DNA of 64,000 nucleotides from Eledone cirrhosa (lineage: Eukaryota), in contig OZ024741.1 of NCBI GenBank assembly GCA_964016885.1, positions 61,132,001 to 61,196,000 on the forward strand, given 5' to 3'. A program made the position numbers and the translations under genes. A model generated the notes under the pieces. The model saw nothing but the letters and a program-made list of their open reading frames with translations. It did not search any database and was not told where the DNA came from. This document shows, piece after piece, positions 13,250-27,665 of this stretch (the stretch's first letter is position 1; every line of letters begins with the position of its first letter).

Positions 13250-16200
13250 ATGCCTCGAAAAAGCAGGAGTCACATTGGAAGAAAAACAAGAAATGCTTTT
13301 GCTTTGCGTTCTTTGCGCGCAAGCGAGACAGACGAACAATGTATGCTACGGCGTGCTCGCAATGCTGCTTCTATTTCGATCGCCAGAGCATTACAGACAA
13401 GTGAACAAGCAGAACTCCGGCTTGCTCGCAATGCTACTTCTACTTCGAAGGCCAGAGCATTACAGACTGCTGAACAAGCAGAACTTCGGCTTGCTTGCGA
13501 TGCTGCTTCTACTTCAAATAGCCGTGCTTTAGAGACTGTTGACCAAAGGGCAACAAGGCTTGCAGCTGATTCTCAACGAAAAATGCGTTCTCATGTCTTT
13601 CCGAGGGTTTCTTCCTGTTACTGGTCTAAGAAGGCTTTTCATTACGGCCTCCAAGAGGACTACGCATCCCACCCACATATCATCATTAGTAGCATGTCAA
13701 CTGTTTGCGTCCATTGTAACGCAATGAGGTGGCCAGCAGAATCTACCGGTATATGCTGCTCCAATGGAACGGTTAGATTGCCTTGTTTACAAGTCGGTGC
13801 CGAACCTTTGAATTATCTGCTGCTTGGAGACCATCCTGATTCTAAACACTTTCTTAGAAATATAAGAGCCTACAATTCGGCTTTCCAAATGACAAGCTTT
13901 GGTCATACACCAATAAAACATGGAAATTATATGCTCACATTCAAAGTGCAAGGCCAAATTTACCATCAAATTGGCTCCCTTATTCCACAAGATGGCGATG
14001 AACACAGTTTTCTCCAGATTTACTTTATGGGGAACGGACCTGAAGAAACTGCACGAAGAGCTTCAGTTGCTAAAGGAACAATACATTTTCTTCTGCAGCC
14101 CCTTCAATATATGCTTCATACCATAAACCCCTACGTCACCATTTTCAAAACTGCTTTTCAGCGTAGAGATGCTAACACCAATCAATTCAAGGTTGTTATT
14201 CGAGGTGACCATGCTCCACCAGGGCAGCATCAGAGTTCCTTTAACAGACCCCAAACCGATGAAGTTGCGATGCTTATAACAAGTCCTAATGAGAGTGCTT
14301 CAAACCGTGATATTGTTCTTGAATGGCAGGACTCGCGTCTTCAAAATATAAATGAACTTCATCTTGCAAATGATGCCCTCCAATATCCATTACTGTTCCC
14401 CTTTGGGGACGATGGCTACCGCATTGATTGCCAAAGTGTAATCCGGTAACTTTAATGCATCTTCAACTACGGAAAACCATTTCACAAATGGAATTTTATG
14501 CATTTAGGCTTATGGTTCGCAAAAACGACATCAACATTCTGCATAGAACACGGATGCTCCTCAATCAATACTGTGTAGACGTATTTGCTAAGGTAACTAT
14601 TTCTTATTTTATGATTTCGTTCAGAAAATTTCCTTAGCCAGTTCACTCAATATTTACCACAACAATTTCTTCTTTTCCAGATTGACACTGAACGCCTCCA
14701 ATGGATAAGACATCATCAAAAGCAACTGCGTTCAGAAGAATACAGCCATTTACGTGACGAAGTCAACCGAAATGATCAGGTTATTGCTTCGAATGTTGGG
14801 CTTTCTGTCATTCTCCCATCGCCATACACTGGCGGCCCCCGTTACATGCATGAAAAAATGTAGGATGCTCTCACCTATGTCCGCCATTGTGGCCGTCCTG
14901 ATATTTTTATCACCTTCACATGCAATCCAAAATGGTTTGACATTCAGTCACACTTACTTCATGGCCAAAATCCTTCACACAGGCATGATATCACATCTAG
15001 AGTGTTTCACCTAAAGCTTATGAAAATGATGGATGTTATAAAATACGGACAACTTTCTGGACCAGTAAGGTGTTTCGTGTACACCGTAGAATGGCAGAAG
15101 AGAGGACTCCCACATGCCCATATTCTCCTTTGGCTTAAAAAAAAACTCATGTCAACTGATGTTGAATAAGTTTACCCACGTAAACTTATCCATGAAACCA
15201 AACTGGTGATGATGGCTACCCTTTATACCGTCGCAGAGCACCGCAGGAGGGTGGACATACGGCAACTATAACAATGGTTGGTGGTCAAGATTTCAATATC
15301 GACAACCGATGCGTTGTACCACATAACAAGGTGCTTTGTAAGATGTTTTCAGCCCACATTAATGTTGAATTCTACAACTCCGTAAAATCAATCCAATACA
15401 TCTGCAAGTATGTTCATAAGGGAGCCGATCGAGCAGTTATTGAGTTGGCTAAGACCGATAACCCTGATGCCGCCACAGATGAAGTCACATTTTTCCAAAC
15501 TGGACGCTACATCTCTTCTAACGAGGCATTTTGACGCATATTTCGTTTTCCGATCCATGAACCTGCAGCTATTCACCTCAGCGTTCATTTGGAGAATGGT
15601 CAACGGGTGTTAACCAAGTTTAACCAACGGGTTTAACCAAGAAAATATGCTTGACTGTGCAAGACAACCTCGAAGAATGACCCTTACCGGATTCTTTGAA
15701 CTTTGTACTTTTGAGCCTCTTGCCAGAACACTTCTTTGTGCGGAGGTGTCTACATTCGTGGAATAAATCTTCAAAGAAGAAAGCGAGGACGCATTTCACA
15801 AAGGGATGCTTCGATGCGTGAGTCTGATGCCCTCTCAAGAGTGTACACAGTTCACCCGCTCAATTCAGAATGCTTTCACCTTCTATTATTTCGTCTTCTA
15901 TTGCACGTTGTCAAAGGTCCAACTTCCTTTGAAGACCTTCGTAGCGTCAATGGCCATATTTGTTCAACATTTAAAGAGGCCTGCTCCAAATTACGTCTTC
16001 TCGACAATGATAACCACTATGACCACGCCCTCCATGAAGCAACAATGTGGCAATCACCAATTGCAGCCTTGGGAATCCACAGTCTTTCAGGGAGAAATAT
16101 CGCGACAGCATATGCTTGGGTATCCTAATGCAATCTCGCTTCGCGTCCACACACATGAATTTACAGTTTACACCTGAAATGTATAACTGGGGTCTCATAT

Positions 16201-17703
16201 TTCTAGAAGATATACTTTTGGAAATAGGTGGCCGTCCCTTGAAGAACTACTGTATGGAATCCCCTAAAAGAGAAAATGAGGCTGTTTGTAACCGCCCCCT
16301 ACTAAGGGAGACATGCTACGATGCTGCCAGGCTTCTGTCCTACGTTCAAGAAAGAGAAAAACTTTTGAATCTTAAACAAGCTGATGTCTATACTTTTGTT
16401 TTGACCATGCTTGAAGACACCAGCGATGGCAGCCACTTCCTTGATGCGCCAGTTGGCACAGGAAAGACATTTCTCCTCAACCTCCTTCTTGCTAAAGTTC
16501 GCCAACGTGGACAGATTGCCATTGCAATGGCGTCTTTAGGAATAGCACCAACACTGCTAGACGGCGGCAGAACAGTCCATTCAACATTTAAGCTTCCCCT
16601 TAACATCGGTCATGTTGAAAACCTGACCACCAATATCAAGGAGAATTCTGATGAGGCTGCTGTCTTTCAAAAATGCAAATTGATTGTCTGGGACGAGGCA
16701 ACAAGGTCCCACAAGAATGCACTTGATGCAATCAATACAACGCTACAAGACCTGCGCTCCAACTCTAAACCGTTCGGTGGCATCGTTCTGCTTCTTGCTG
16801 GGCATTTTCGTTAAACTCTTCCTATTGTCCCAAAAGGCCAACCAGTTGATGAAATAGATGCTTTCATTAAACATTCTCAAATTTGGCGCTTCGTCCAGTC
16901 GAGAAAGTTAACCATCAACATGCGATCGATTCTCCATCAACAAGACGGTGACAATTACTTTGATTCAAAGTTATTGGATGTTGGTAATGGGAACTTACCA
17001 ATCGACGTAAACGGTTTGCTTGACATAAGTACCATCGGTAACTACGTCTCCAGCCCTGAGGACATTTTCACAAGAGCTTACCCCGACCTCTCAACAAATA
17101 CGTCAGTCATCAATGGATGTGTGAAAGGGCCATCTTAGCTCCTACAAATGCCATCGTTCAAGCTCTTAACACATGTCTGCTTCGTCAACTTCCTTCCCAA
17201 GAGCGATGTTATGCTTCGATTGATTCGATTACGGATCCGACGCAAGTAACGTTTTATCCAACAGAGTTTTTAAACTCACAAGAACCATCGGGAATGCCAC
17301 CGCATAAACTCTGCCTAAGACTTGGAAGACCCATCATACTCTTGAGAAACTTTGAACCTCCTCGGCTTTGCAATGGCACACGCTTGGTTATAACGCAAAT
17401 GTTGGATGACGGGAAAAGGCGCTGGCGACTCTGTTTTTATTTCCAGAGTTCCACTTATTCCAACTGACTGTGTCTTTCCGATGAAAAGAGTCCAATTTCC
17501 CATTCGATTAAGTTTTGCAATAACCATTAACAAAGCCCAGGGGCAGTCACTAAAAGTGGTTGGGCTGGACATCAGTACTCCATGGTTTTCACACAGGCAA
17601 CTGTATGTGGGATGTTCAAGAATTGGAAACTCGGCCAATCTCTTTTACTACGCTCCCGGAAGATTGACAAAAAAATGGGGTTTACAAGGCAGCCCTCCAA
17701 TAG
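13250..17703 (+). pseudogene. Helitron Rep/helicase (STPR-like repeats, Zn finger, HUH Rep, PIF1-like helicase), with stops, frameshifts and one intron
   Basis: CVHCNAMRW..ICCSNG, NIRAYNSAFQMTSFG, VEWQKRGLPHAHILLW (HUH), YICKYVHKG (Y2), DAPVGTGKT, IVWDEA, RLCNGTRL, FAITINKAQGQSL, FSHRQLYVGCSR; GT-AG intron 14593-14680. Confidence 0.93.
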
Positions 17704-18359
17704 TTTTTCCGTGGAGTTGAAAGCCCCTTCAGGTTGATCCTTATTGCGATTACTTACTTTTCACAATAGGTAATGTTACTCTTCCAACAAATGCCCATTG
17801 ATGAAATCAACCAATTTTTAATTTCAATAGACAGCCTTCCACATGCCCCAGGTTATTTCATAATTCAATTGAACATGTAATTTCTTACAGATTGCCTTCA
17901 TGTCAACCGAACTGTCGTCTATGCTTTTTGTACCGATTCTTCAGCTATTCAGTCAATTAAACGACATTCCAAACGATATTTCCATTTTTCTCTATTTTCA
18001 CATTTTAATGACAGATATCTGTAATTAAAACATGCTCTTTTTGAATACCGTATCATTTTTGATTGATAGAGTAAAATTATCCTGCATGTTAAACAAACTC
18101 TATTACACGCACCCTCTCTATTGTTTGTATTATGTTATCTCATCTTCTCAATATTAGGGTATAAATATTGAGTTTTGTTATAAGTTAATCACTACCTTGA
18201 CTAAATCTTAACCATCTAATATCTCAGGGTATGTCATGTATCATTTTATTTTATCTGATGAGGACGTACTGTTGAACTATAATTGATCCTGTTGAACTAT
18301 AATTGATCACAAGAATATCTATTTTGTTAATATTTTGAATTAATATTATATATATATAT

Positions 18360-18522
18360 AGGTAGAGGGTCGGACGCCATGCGAAAGCATAGTTACGTCC
18401 CTTGGAGATCTGAGTTCAAATCCCGCCGAGGTTGACTTTGCCTTTCATCCTTACGGGGTCGATAAAATAAAGTACCAGTAATGCACTGGGTAATTGCTGG
18501 CCTTGTGCCCAAAGTAGAAACA

Positions 18523-18528
<6 letters not shown>
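18360..18528 (+). mobile_element. tRNA-derived SINE, second family
   Basis: B box GAGTTCAAATCC, body GCCTTTCATCCTTACGGGGTCGATAAAATAAAGTACCAGT, tail GCTGGCCTTGTGCC..AAGTAGAAACAA; other copies at 19368(-), 21088(-) and 30878(+). Confidence 0.8.
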
Positions 18529-18559
<31 letters not shown>

Positions 18560-18628
18560 ATGACAAAAGACCAAGGTTAACAACATAAATTCATGTCCGT
18601 TTCAACACGCTTACAATGCATATGAAAC

Positions 18629-18729
<101 letters not shown>

Positions 18730-19367
18730 CAGTATCACCAAATGGAGTTGTTATTAGTGATTTAGTTACTGTAATGACTAGATGAAAGCGTGTGTAAAAG
18801 GTAATGCTTGGTTGGCCAGTTGTTCACTGTAGTGTAGTAGAGGTTTTAGTAGCAATAGTTGGCCAGAAGGGTGTTTCCGTGATATGTTTTCTCCCGTATA
18901 AGCGCTATGTGAATGTTTGTAACTTATTGCAAATGAATCATGTGTGCGTCTCAGTGAGTCGAGATGTGTGACTGTATTGGTTGCCATAGCTAGTAGTTGA
19001 AAGTGAAGCTGTCATTAGCAATAATCAATAAACAATAACAAATACGGCTACTTTAAGAATAATTGTGTGTTACGTTTTTGTGATTGGTTTTCCGGGAATG
19101 CTGTAATAGTCTGAAAGATGCATGGAACTAACCTTATTTTGAATCGAACAGGAGTATGGCTGTCTTGGCGCGCTGGTCGAATGGGGTGACTCAAAGGATC
19201 GAAGTGAATGTCTGTTAAGAACTACATTGTTCTGGTGGGTGGAACAGACTGAATTAGTGATGAACGCTAAACCTGACTAAACTGGACTTACTGCTGAATA
19301 CCAAGGAGTAGAATATATCCTTAAAAACTGTATTGCTTCAGAGAATTTTGCGGCATAAGTTCCCAAA

Positions 19368-19550
19368 ATAATGATTTCTGACTTAGGCACAAGGCCAGCA
19401 AACTTAGGGGGAGGGGAAAGTCGATTAAATCCACCCCAGTGCGACCACGTCAGGATGGCGGGATTTGAAATCAGAACGTAAAGACCGTAACTCAATGTCG
19501 CAAAGCATGGTGTTCGACACTCTACCGATACTGCTAATCCACTGCCCTTA
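19368..19550 (-). mobile_element. tRNA-derived SINE, second family
   Basis: Reverse-complement match to the 18360/30878 head and tail. Confidence 0.7.
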
Positions 19551-21087
19551 AAACTCCCCAAAATAATGGATATAAATCATACCGGGTACCGTACAAAGGG
19601 AATAGATTTTTTTTCCGAGTTCCATTGGTCAGAGTCTGTGGTCGTTTAATTTATTTCGCCAACCGGAGGAACAATAGTTCAAATCTCGCTGCACAGATAG
19701 ATACGGGCATAGTGATCGATAATAGAATTGGTATCGACATTCAACTGTAAGTGCATGGTTTAAAATAAGTGGGACCGAGATATTGCTGGCTGCGAACATG
19801 CAGAGCTGAGTCGCTTAACGCGGTTGCTTAAGTCGATTGCACATTCCCCAATTTGCAAGGAATCGGAGACTTAAGTTTTGAAATAAAAGCTGTGGCTCTT
19901 TGTGTGTAGTTGCATGTATGAATGCAAGAGGGCAGTTTACGCCTCTTAAGCGGTTATGCGCCAATAGCTTTTTCCGGAACCACATAACTAGTTGAAATAG
20001 AAGAGAGAAGAAAGAAGAAAGAATTATCTGGTGAAATTTCACATAAATCAATTACATTCATCTTGTGCTTGTATCAAGAACTTTTTTTAAGTTGAAACCA
20101 TGTGTTTGCGTGAGTAACCAAGTGTGTGTAAACATTTAATACATAATGTACATGCATGGTACAAAGAATGCTGAAAAAATAAAAAATATCAAGATGTGTA
20201 ACCTGCAAAACATTGAATGTGCAGGAAAAAGCATTTTCTTTTTAATAAACGGTGCAATTTATATTCAATTTTTCTTCTTTTTTTTTTGAAAGGAAGAAAA
20301 AGAAAAAAAATGACTGTCCTAAACACTTAGAGTTGAGTTTTTCTTTCTCTTGTTTTCATTTTTCTTCCGTGTGTTTGTGTATTTTGTTTTGCAAAATAAG
20401 GTTGCCGTTGCTGCCGAAGTTCGATACTGATGTTGTTGTTACTGTAGTTGTAACAGAGCTTGATGTTGAAGTTGTTTCTACAGATGTTCTTGTAACGATG
20501 CGTGAATTGTATCGATAGCATGTGAAAACAAGGTTACGTTGATAGTATATATGTTGTTTTTGATCGAATCGTGTTTCCGGCTTGTTTTCATTGTTTTGTT
20601 TATTTAAAGTTTAATGTTCTTCAGATGTTTTGGTTGTTTGTTGACGGGTAATGAGTTGTTTTCGTTGTTAATCAGACTACGTGTTCTAGGCGATTGATAT
20701 GTTTTCGCTGCAGTTGTTTTCCTATAATATCAGAAAGCTGCATGTTGCATCAGCAAGCTGCTTCAGAAAATGCATCAGAGGGGTGCATGTTCGCTTCTCA
20801 GGGTCACCAAATGTAACGGTAGTTAAGTGAAGCTATCTGATGTCACCGAATGGTGTTTGCATTAATGATTTGGTTAGTGATGACTATATGAAAGCGAGTG
20901 TAATAAGTGATGCTTGGTCGGTCAGATTTTCATTGTAGTGTGACAAAATTGTAGTAGTAATTGTTGGCTTGATGGGTGTTTTTCCGTGAGTTGGTCTCTT
21001 ATATATAAGCGCTATGTGAACGTCTAATTAAATTGTAGGCCTTGAAACCTTGGTAGCGCCTTTGTTCCGTGTATGAACATAAATAAA

Positions 21088-21278
21088 TAATTGTTTCTAC
21101 TTTAGGCACAAGGCCAGCAAATACACAGTACATTACTGGTATTTTATTTTATCGACCCCGTAAGGATCAAAGGCAAAGTTAACCTCGGCGGGATTTGAAC
21201 TCAGACTGTAAAGGGACGTAACTATGCTAGAAAGCATGGCATCCAACCCTCTGCCGATACTGCCAATTCACCGCCCTT
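21088..21278 (-). mobile_element. tRNA-derived SINE, second family
   Basis: Reverse-complement match to 30878-31065. Confidence 0.8.
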
Positions 21279-21363
21279 TGAACATAAATAAATAATACAA
21301 TATTTCTGCTCTCTTCCCGATTGATCATTGTTTTCCTATTTCCTTTACACACCTACTGTATTG

Positions 21364-21551
<188 letters not shown>

Positions 21552-21759
21552 AATGTTATGTAGGGTTTCAATATTGGTACTTTCATGTTATTTTTAAAAT
21601 TCTTAAAAACTCCATCAAACATAAGTGCTTTCATTTCTCCCCACTTATGAATGTCACTCGTGTCAAGTAATTTACGCATGTCGTTAATTTCGTGAATATA
21701 TTCAATAAATACCTTAATGTCAACAGGAGATATGTTCTTCATATTTTACTTAATTTTAA

Positions 21760-22650
21760 TGGGTCGTTGTCTTAGTGGTAAAGTTGTTCGCCTCACAATC
21801 GTAAGATTATGAGCTCTGATCCTAGTGGTACGTTTTGCCATTGAGCAAGACACTTTATTTCTTCTTCTTCTTCTTCTTCTTCTTCTTCTTCTTCTTCTTC
21901 TTCTTCTTCTTCTTCTTCTTCTTCTTCTTCTTCTTCTTCTTCTTCTTCGCCCACTTATTTCTAGGAGGTTCGTGAGGGAAGAGTCCTCAAACACTCCTTC
22001 GTGCAGGCCATGTCAGAAATAACCGTTTCCAATTGATCCGGTTTGATCCTCAAGCGAGACTAGCCGAGCTAATGAATGTTGTATATTCATCTTGCTGGGT
22101 GTCTACACCTGGGTCTCCTATCTCACTGGATAGATTTCCTCGTGAAATCTATCCAGTGATACTTTCCTGAGACATTCTAACCTCACGCCCGTAATATCGG
22201 AGCTGTTATATCTCAATTCGGAAACGTAGCGGCTGTACCTGGAACGACTCTATCTATCGAGGGACGTTACTCCAAAGAACCTTTGGAGGACTCCATTTCA
22301 GCCACTTGTATTTGCAATCGTATTCTTTCAGTCATTACCCAAGATTCATGACCATAGTTAAGGTTTGGCCCGGATACCGAAATGAAGCTAGCGAGTTTAG
22401 CTTTTACACCTACCTCCCTTTTTCTGATTACCGAATGTTGGAGCTGGCGTATTGCTGCATCAACGCCTGCAATTCAGTTGGCAAAATATTAGTTGTTTTT
22501 AATTCAAAATGGTAGCCTTGTCACACACTGCGTCCTGCTAATACTCTCAGAGAATTACTTGTTTGTAGAATGCTCAGTCACTTGCATGTTAATTTCAAGA
22601 GCAGGCTGTTCCGTCTATCGAATGGATCGCTCGCCATCGGAACCGTTGGT
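21760..22650 (+). mobile_element. SINE (60225 family) split by an RTE insertion
   Basis: Head 21760-21860 ends at TTGAGCAAGACACTTTATTTC; the body resumes at ~22470. Confidence 0.6.
21860..22468 (-). mobile_element. 5'-truncated RTE LINE 3' end with (GAA)n tail
   Basis: Similar to 6790-7300; (TTC)n at 21860-21948 is the tail. Confidence 0.75.
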
Positions 22651-23306
22651 GAACCAACACACACACACAGACACACCGACATACACAGGCACACACACAC
22701 GCACAAAACAGGTCATGAATCAGAACGTTCGCAGTATTGATGCTGTGATATCAGAACGTATCAAATCCTTAGCTGGAATGAATGCAAAATAATTATTTTC
22801 TAAATTATAACTCCCAATAGTATCAGTGATAGCTACACATATAATATCAATTAAACGAATTTCATTTTGATTACTGAACACTTAATAAATAAACATACTT
22901 TGAAGAATATTTGAAATTATTTTGTTTGATGTGACTGTTTACTTAAATGGACTGCTATATGACTAAAATAATTGCTATTCATATACATTTTTGGGTATGT
23001 ATTTGGTTCAATAGACTATAAAAAATACTATTAACCTTAATGTAAACTACATACGGCATTCAGTACGGTCGTTAGGTATACTAGATGAAGTAATGTGCAC
23101 TCAAAGGTCAATACACTTATATTCTAACGTCGTTGAAATTTCGGGAACCCTGTGTTATCTGACAAATATTAATATCGTAGAATATAGTAAATATACAGAG
23201 CGATGAGGTCAATACAACATATATTGAATTGATCTCGTTACTCCTTGATCATGTGTGCTTGTGTGAGTACCTGCCTGTCTGCGTGTGTATATGTGTGTAT
23301 GTTTGT

Positions 23307-23432
<126 letters not shown>

Positions 23433-23529
23433 TCCGAGCCGGATATATACAGCTGAGCGGCTCTGGCAAATGTTTTATACGCAAAATGTATGAGTTGTGA
23501 CTTATTCTTGTTTAAGTCCGGCTGTGTGT

Positions 23530-23577
23530 GCGTCACTGATGATGTTTGTAAAATCACGAAACACCTGTGTTTGGTGT
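23530..23577 (+). ncRNA. Minimal type I hammerhead ribozyme
   Basis: GCGTCA-CTGATGA-TG..CA-C-GAAA-CAC ct GTG-TT-TGGTGT. Confidence 0.7.
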
Positions 23578-23695
23578 TCTCACACGGCTACAGCTGCAGC
23601 TGTGGCATGATCACAGCTGCAAACATCTACAGCGAAAGCAATGCAGTATGTTTATTATACATAAACATACCGTATATGCCTTCATATACAACTCT

Positions 23696-23759
<64 letters not shown>

Positions 23760-23913
23760 ATAATAATAAATTTGAAGACTAAAATCCAAAGAGGGCTCGA
23801 TAAGGATAAATATATATCAGATATATAAGAACCGTAGAGCAAATATTGATTAAAATCCCGTTAAGGGTGAAAGCACCGATTCTTTGCTTAAACTTTAATC
23901 TGTTATTTTAATA

Positions 23914-23974
<61 letters not shown>

Positions 23975-25843
23975 GTGTTTGTGTGTGTGTCAAACATACC
24001 TTTTTACTAGAAGATCTAATATAAATTTATTGTGTATTTAATTACATTTTTAAAAGTTTTAACCTTGCTGTGAAAATATATCTGTCACTGAAATGTTACT
24101 CAAAGAGCTCCGCCCGACGTGAGGATACTGTAAAGGATACTGTAAAGAATACTTTCTCACTTTAATGCTAAATAGACTGTACTTTTAACTCAAAGGAGCA
24201 GCCTTGTCACACTTTTGTCACGCTGAGTCACCCTAATAATTAGGTTAACTGTGCACGTGTATGTGAAAGGTTCAACCACTAACTCGTTGATTTCCTAAAC
24301 AGGCTGTTCCGATGATCGAACAGTTGGAATTCCCATCGTCGAAAGCGACGGAAGCGATTCCATTTCATTTTGACAATAAATGTTGCTGCATTATAGAATA
24401 GAAGTACTATCCAATCCTGATTCCAATCAAGACTACGCTATAGTTTTTGATTTTCACCAAGACCTGCAGTGTTTCCGCTCTGACACACACTGGGCACATT
24501 TCATCATCCAATCTTGATTTATGTTCTTGATTAATAGGATGTGTTTCAGCTTTGTAGATCCCGTCATCTTGCAGCTTTCCTTGCTGGCATATATCTATTG
24601 ATCAGCATTTAGAGCATTTTCTCTCTAGGAAAAGATATATTATTGAAATAAAATAGTTAAATCTATCGCATATCTTATTTATTTCTTAGCTTTAATGTGA
24701 GACTCAACTATTTTTGGATTTATGACTAGTAAGTCAATAAATCTATTGTCGAACACTGCAGGGATGGATACAGTTTTGATTTTTGTTCTTTGGCAAGTAT
24801 TTCATTTCGTTTCGATCGCTAATGAGAAATGTCTCTCCTCTTCTCTTAAAATCGGCGGCCATTTTCTTTTAGTAAGGAATCTGTGTTAGAAATCGTTCAG
24901 ATTATAATGTCATCGACACTACAGAAACACAAACAGAAAATAATAAATAAACAAAACAAATAAACGTAATTTATCACAGAGATATTTTCTATGAAAGATT
25001 AAAATATTCATTCATGGAATGGAATGGACGTCCGTCGGTTTCGACCGTGAGTGTTCCAGTCAGTCGATCAACAGAACAGCCTGCCCGGTAAACTAACTTA
25101 CAAGTAGCTAAATATTCCACAGACATCCGTATTCTTAAAGTATTTCTCATAAAGATTCAGCGTACCACTCTGTGTGACAATGCTACTCCTTTGTATTATA
25201 AGAACAAGCCATCTTGTTTTATAGTGTAAGTAAGTATTCTACAAACTTGTGTATCCTTAGCGTAATTCTCAGCAAACTTCAGCGTGACAGTGAATGAAAA
25301 TGCTGGCCATTTGGATTACAAATGCAGTGCATTTAAAGGGTTTCAAAACAGTTTACATCTCACTCATTTCACTCATAAAGCTTAGTTCGACACGCGTCTG
25401 TGGTTAATGACACTTGCCTAAAATGCCACGGAGTGGAGTGGAAATTGGGATCTTATGATTACAAAGGGAACTTGTTAAATATTTAGCCATATATATTCCT
25501 ATATATATATTCCTATATATAATATAAAAGACAACTAAATATTTTACGTTGGTATAGTAAAACTTTCAATTTCTCATTAATGTCATTATCAGCGCAAAAT
25601 ATCACAATTACTGTTAGACACAGAATTATGGACAACTACAAATATTCTGAATTAAAGTCATATTATTACGAAGAAATCAATGAATATCAGAGGTTTTATA
25701 TTTTATTGATGCGATCACAGCATGCTGCACTCTAAGGAAATTTAATGATTCACCTTGTTATTACAAAGCATTACTGATTTCAGTTTATGTACACACACAC
25801 ACACACACAAACACACATGTACATATTTATACATACATACATC

Positions 25844-25908
<65 letters not shown>

Positions 25909-25924
25909 CATTTGTATATGTATA

Positions 25925-26125
25925 TAAACAAAGCGATTGGCTTAAAAAGTACAGAGAAAAGTTGAAATTTGTGCATCCAAACACATGTGATAACAGTCTA
26001 ACTGCATAAATTATAGTTGAGAAAATCGGGTAAGGTACCTCTGGGGGCTGAAAAACTAGAGAGAGGTGCCTGTGAGGAATCGAATCCCGCATCTCTCAGA
26101 TGCTGGATAAATGCGTTAACCACAA
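25925..26125 (-). mobile_element. tRNA-headed short element ending in a microsatellite
   Basis: Minus strand GTGGTTAACGC...GCGGGATTCGATTCCTC (A/B boxes) followed by a T-run. Confidence 0.5.
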
Positions 26126-27334
26126 TGTTCAGACGTCACTGACCACCAATTCAGCCTTTTGAGAATATTTTAAGCCTGTGATATTTCCAAGGAATATTTA
26201 TGCATGGTTCTTTCTTCCAATTGCCATTAAATATATCCCACGTTGCAGAATATCGTTTATCAATAAGTAGTTTGTGTATCGGAGCCATATGGTGACGTAA
26301 TTAAAACTGCTAATTGAAAGAGTATTCATTTTGTTCTGTTATCCCCCGATCCTACCCCCCCCCCACCCCAAAAAAAGCAATAGAAAACATATTGCTCAAA
26401 CATATGATTATGAGGAGATTTGTTTAATGATGAACACAATAACTTGCATCAAAGCGTTTGGGTTCAATAAAATTGATGGCCTAAAAGGAAGTTAGAAGTT
26501 CGGTTGTAATATGTCATGCTCACATGTGTTGCTTATTGGCTATTGCCTATATATATATATTAATGTTGCAGCTTGAGCATGCGTATAGCATATTCTTATG
26601 TTAGGATAACTTGTTCAATAGCTAATTTTCATAAGCATTGTCGTAATTAGTAAACGTCTCTAATCTGTTATCCAATATAATAATAATCATCGTGTGTCTG
26701 TATGTATATATATTTAGTTTCTGGGAGTTTTGTTGTATAAACTTTCTATATATCTATTGATCTATCTCATTATCCTCTCCCCCTTTGCCACACTCATATG
26801 ACTTTACTAAGAAATGTCCTCTTTCTGTACCTCATTGTGACCTTGTACTTATGTTAGAAACAATTATTACATCCAAACTTTAACTGCAACCTTTCACATT
26901 TTGGTTAGAAATTAGGCCACGATTAGCTTCACCTGTGATCTTCCGAGATCGATAACATGAAATGACAGTAAAGTACTGGATTAATATAATTAATTATACG
27001 AATCAGTATTTCATTGATACATATTGATAGTTGTTAGGGAACTAATGAAAAACGTTTAGGTAATTATGGAGTATTCCAAGTGTTCAAACATTTCCATATA
27101 AATATTACGTTCTGAAGAAAAGCATTTCCCTTATATATTTATAACCCGCTAAGGTCAGCTCTGGCGTTGGATTTTCACCCGGAAAGTTGTTCTCCGTGAC
27201 GGAAGTCTGAGTAATGTTTTATACAAACACCGGTAACAATCCATGCATTTCAGTTTCCCCTCTCCACGTTACTTAATATTGTTCAAAGGAAAGGCAAGGG
27301 CCATTATAGCTTCACACCCATATCATCGCATATA

Positions 27335-27665
27335 TATTATAAAATAACAGGAGGCTGGACTGGTGTGATTCCTTAAGAGGTTTATTATACTATGATCATT
27401 TCAGTGACCGGGTTCAATATGAATCCGGTGACATCATCAGGTATTCGAAATATAACAAAGGAATATAATATACAATTCCTTTTAAGGAATTACACCAGTC
27501 CAGCTTCCTGTTATTTTATAATAATTAACTCCGTACTCGCACCACCAACTACACAAACGAAGACGGGTGAGTTGCATTACGTCGAGTAATATTACGTCCA
27601 TAATATTACATCGAGGTTGACCATACGAAATGACCAGTTCTATCCAGTGGTGAACCAACAAACCT
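27335..27665 (-). mobile_element. Asymmetric hairpin cassette with a hammerhead in its spacer, (TA)-flanked
   Basis: ~45-bp inverted arms 27335-27380 / 27478-27522 plus a unique tail to 27665. Confidence 0.7.
27387..27444 (-). ncRNA. Minimal type I hammerhead ribozyme
   Basis: Minus strand: ATAC-CTGATGA-TGTCACCGG..CCGGTCACT-GAAA-TGATCA-TA-GTAT; palindromic helix III. Confidence 0.8.

Larger units (their letters stand above)
10527..18200 (+). mobile_element. Helitron (decayed autonomous copy with rearranged 5' region; 3' end not located)
   Basis: A|TCTACTATATAAG 5' terminus at 10527; 10540-10630 is repeated at ~12790-12885 ahead of the Rep/Hel gene. Confidence 0.65.

Noticed and set aside
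21555-21742. Coding-like minus-strand stretch ([12 protein letters not shown]...), and similar ones at 5535-5760 and 24455-24630
   Set aside because: No recognisable homology or convincing exon chain; host exons cannot be excluded without RNA-seq.
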